Assembly (NCBI RefSeq): GCF_004010195.1
Contig: NC_057755.1
Span: 10,580,685 to 10,617,390, forward strand
Direction: 5' to 3'
Source of the DNA: Chiloscyllium plagiosum
Taxonomy: Eukaryota
DNA: 36,706 nt
Shown here piece by piece: positions 36,192 through 36,706 of this stretch. Position 1 is the first letter of the stretch, and every line of letters starts with the position of its first letter. Made by a program: the position numbers and the translations under genes. The notes below the pieces were generated by a model, which was not told the origin of the DNA, did not search any database, and worked only from the letters and a program-made list of their open reading frames with translations.

Positions 36192-36366
36192 CCTCATGTT
36201 TTTGAACATCTGCAGCATTGAATGGTTTCAGATATATCTTATCTTCGTTTTTATTAAGAGTGATTTTACCTTTGTCATCATTTGAAGTCACAAGATCTAT
36301 TTCTGTTCCTGTGCATATTCGAGCTGCAAACATGAGCCAGAGAAAAGCTCTAATTTCCCACTTCAT
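36192..36366 (-). CDS. Predicted first coding exon A: signal peptide and short ectodomain (MKWEIRAFLWLMFAARICTG-TEIDLVTS...VQKHE)
   Basis: Acceptor 'ataattttcag|' at 36378, 11 nt upstream of the ATG. Signal-peptide-like n/h/c regions. Candidate phase-1 donor GAGG|gtgatt at 36191 (moderate strength, so the 3' end is uncertain). Confidence 0.58.
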
Positions 36367-36584
36367 TCTGTTGACTTCTGAAAATTATAAAGCATGGCAG
36401 AACCGTTGTTATTCAAATATTAATGAAATGACAATTAATATACATTCTGACCCATATGCCTCTCAGCATGGATATCTCCACCTGTCAGATCAAGATCAAG
36501 ACAGGACTGTTCAGAAAGACCACAGCTGGCATTATTGTTTTCTCAAGCTCTATTTCGCACAATGCTTGACCAATTTTCTATTCA

Positions 36585-36706
36585 GAGTTGAAAAGTGTGG
36601 CACTGGAAAAGCACAGCATGTCAGACAGTATCCGAAGAGCAGGAGAGTCAACGTTTGGGTGTAAGCCTTCACCAGAGATGTTGATGGGGAAGAGGGCTGA
36701 GAGATT
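36585..36706 (-). mobile_element. Penelope pseudo-LTR fragment (cut by the window end)
   Basis: Similar to 15784-15905 ('gtgtggcactggaaaagcacagca...ccttcaccag...gggctgagagat'). Confidence 0.65.

Noticed and set aside
36218..36664. 148-aa plus-strand ORF
   Set aside because: Antisense to the signal-peptide exon, runs into a Penelope fragment, and has no recognisable motif.

Overview
Eukaryotic, repeat-rich DNA. The mix of CR1/HER1-type LINEs, HE1/V-type tRNA SINEs, Penelope-like elements and a fish-type NACHT exon points to a cartilaginous fish (inference). Bases 1-12511 are a pyrimidine-rich degenerate satellite carrying a LINE and a Penelope-like insertion; its ORFs are artefacts. The main gene is on the minus strand and belongs to the NLR/NACHT family (FISNA-like region, Walker A GPSGFGKS, and an HD2/LRR-transition segment, split by assembly gaps). 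Four upstream exons can be chained to the NACHT exon by GT-AG sites that are all phase 1 and stay open: a signal peptide with short ectodomain (36366-36192), a transmembrane helix (27656-27468) and two 66-nt linker exons (27105-27040, 24031-23966). The predicted product is a type-I membrane-anchored NLR with no visible death-fold domain. This splice model is my inference and needs transcript evidence. The two 66-nt exons arose by tandem segmental duplication and are far more diverged than the adjoining intron. The introns hold a decayed Gmr1-type LTR retrotransposon (integrase before RT) with nested insertions, several Penelope-like fold-back elements with minimal hammerhead-ribozyme motifs, a Gypsy remnant, SINEs and a 25-bp minisatellite with a local inversion.
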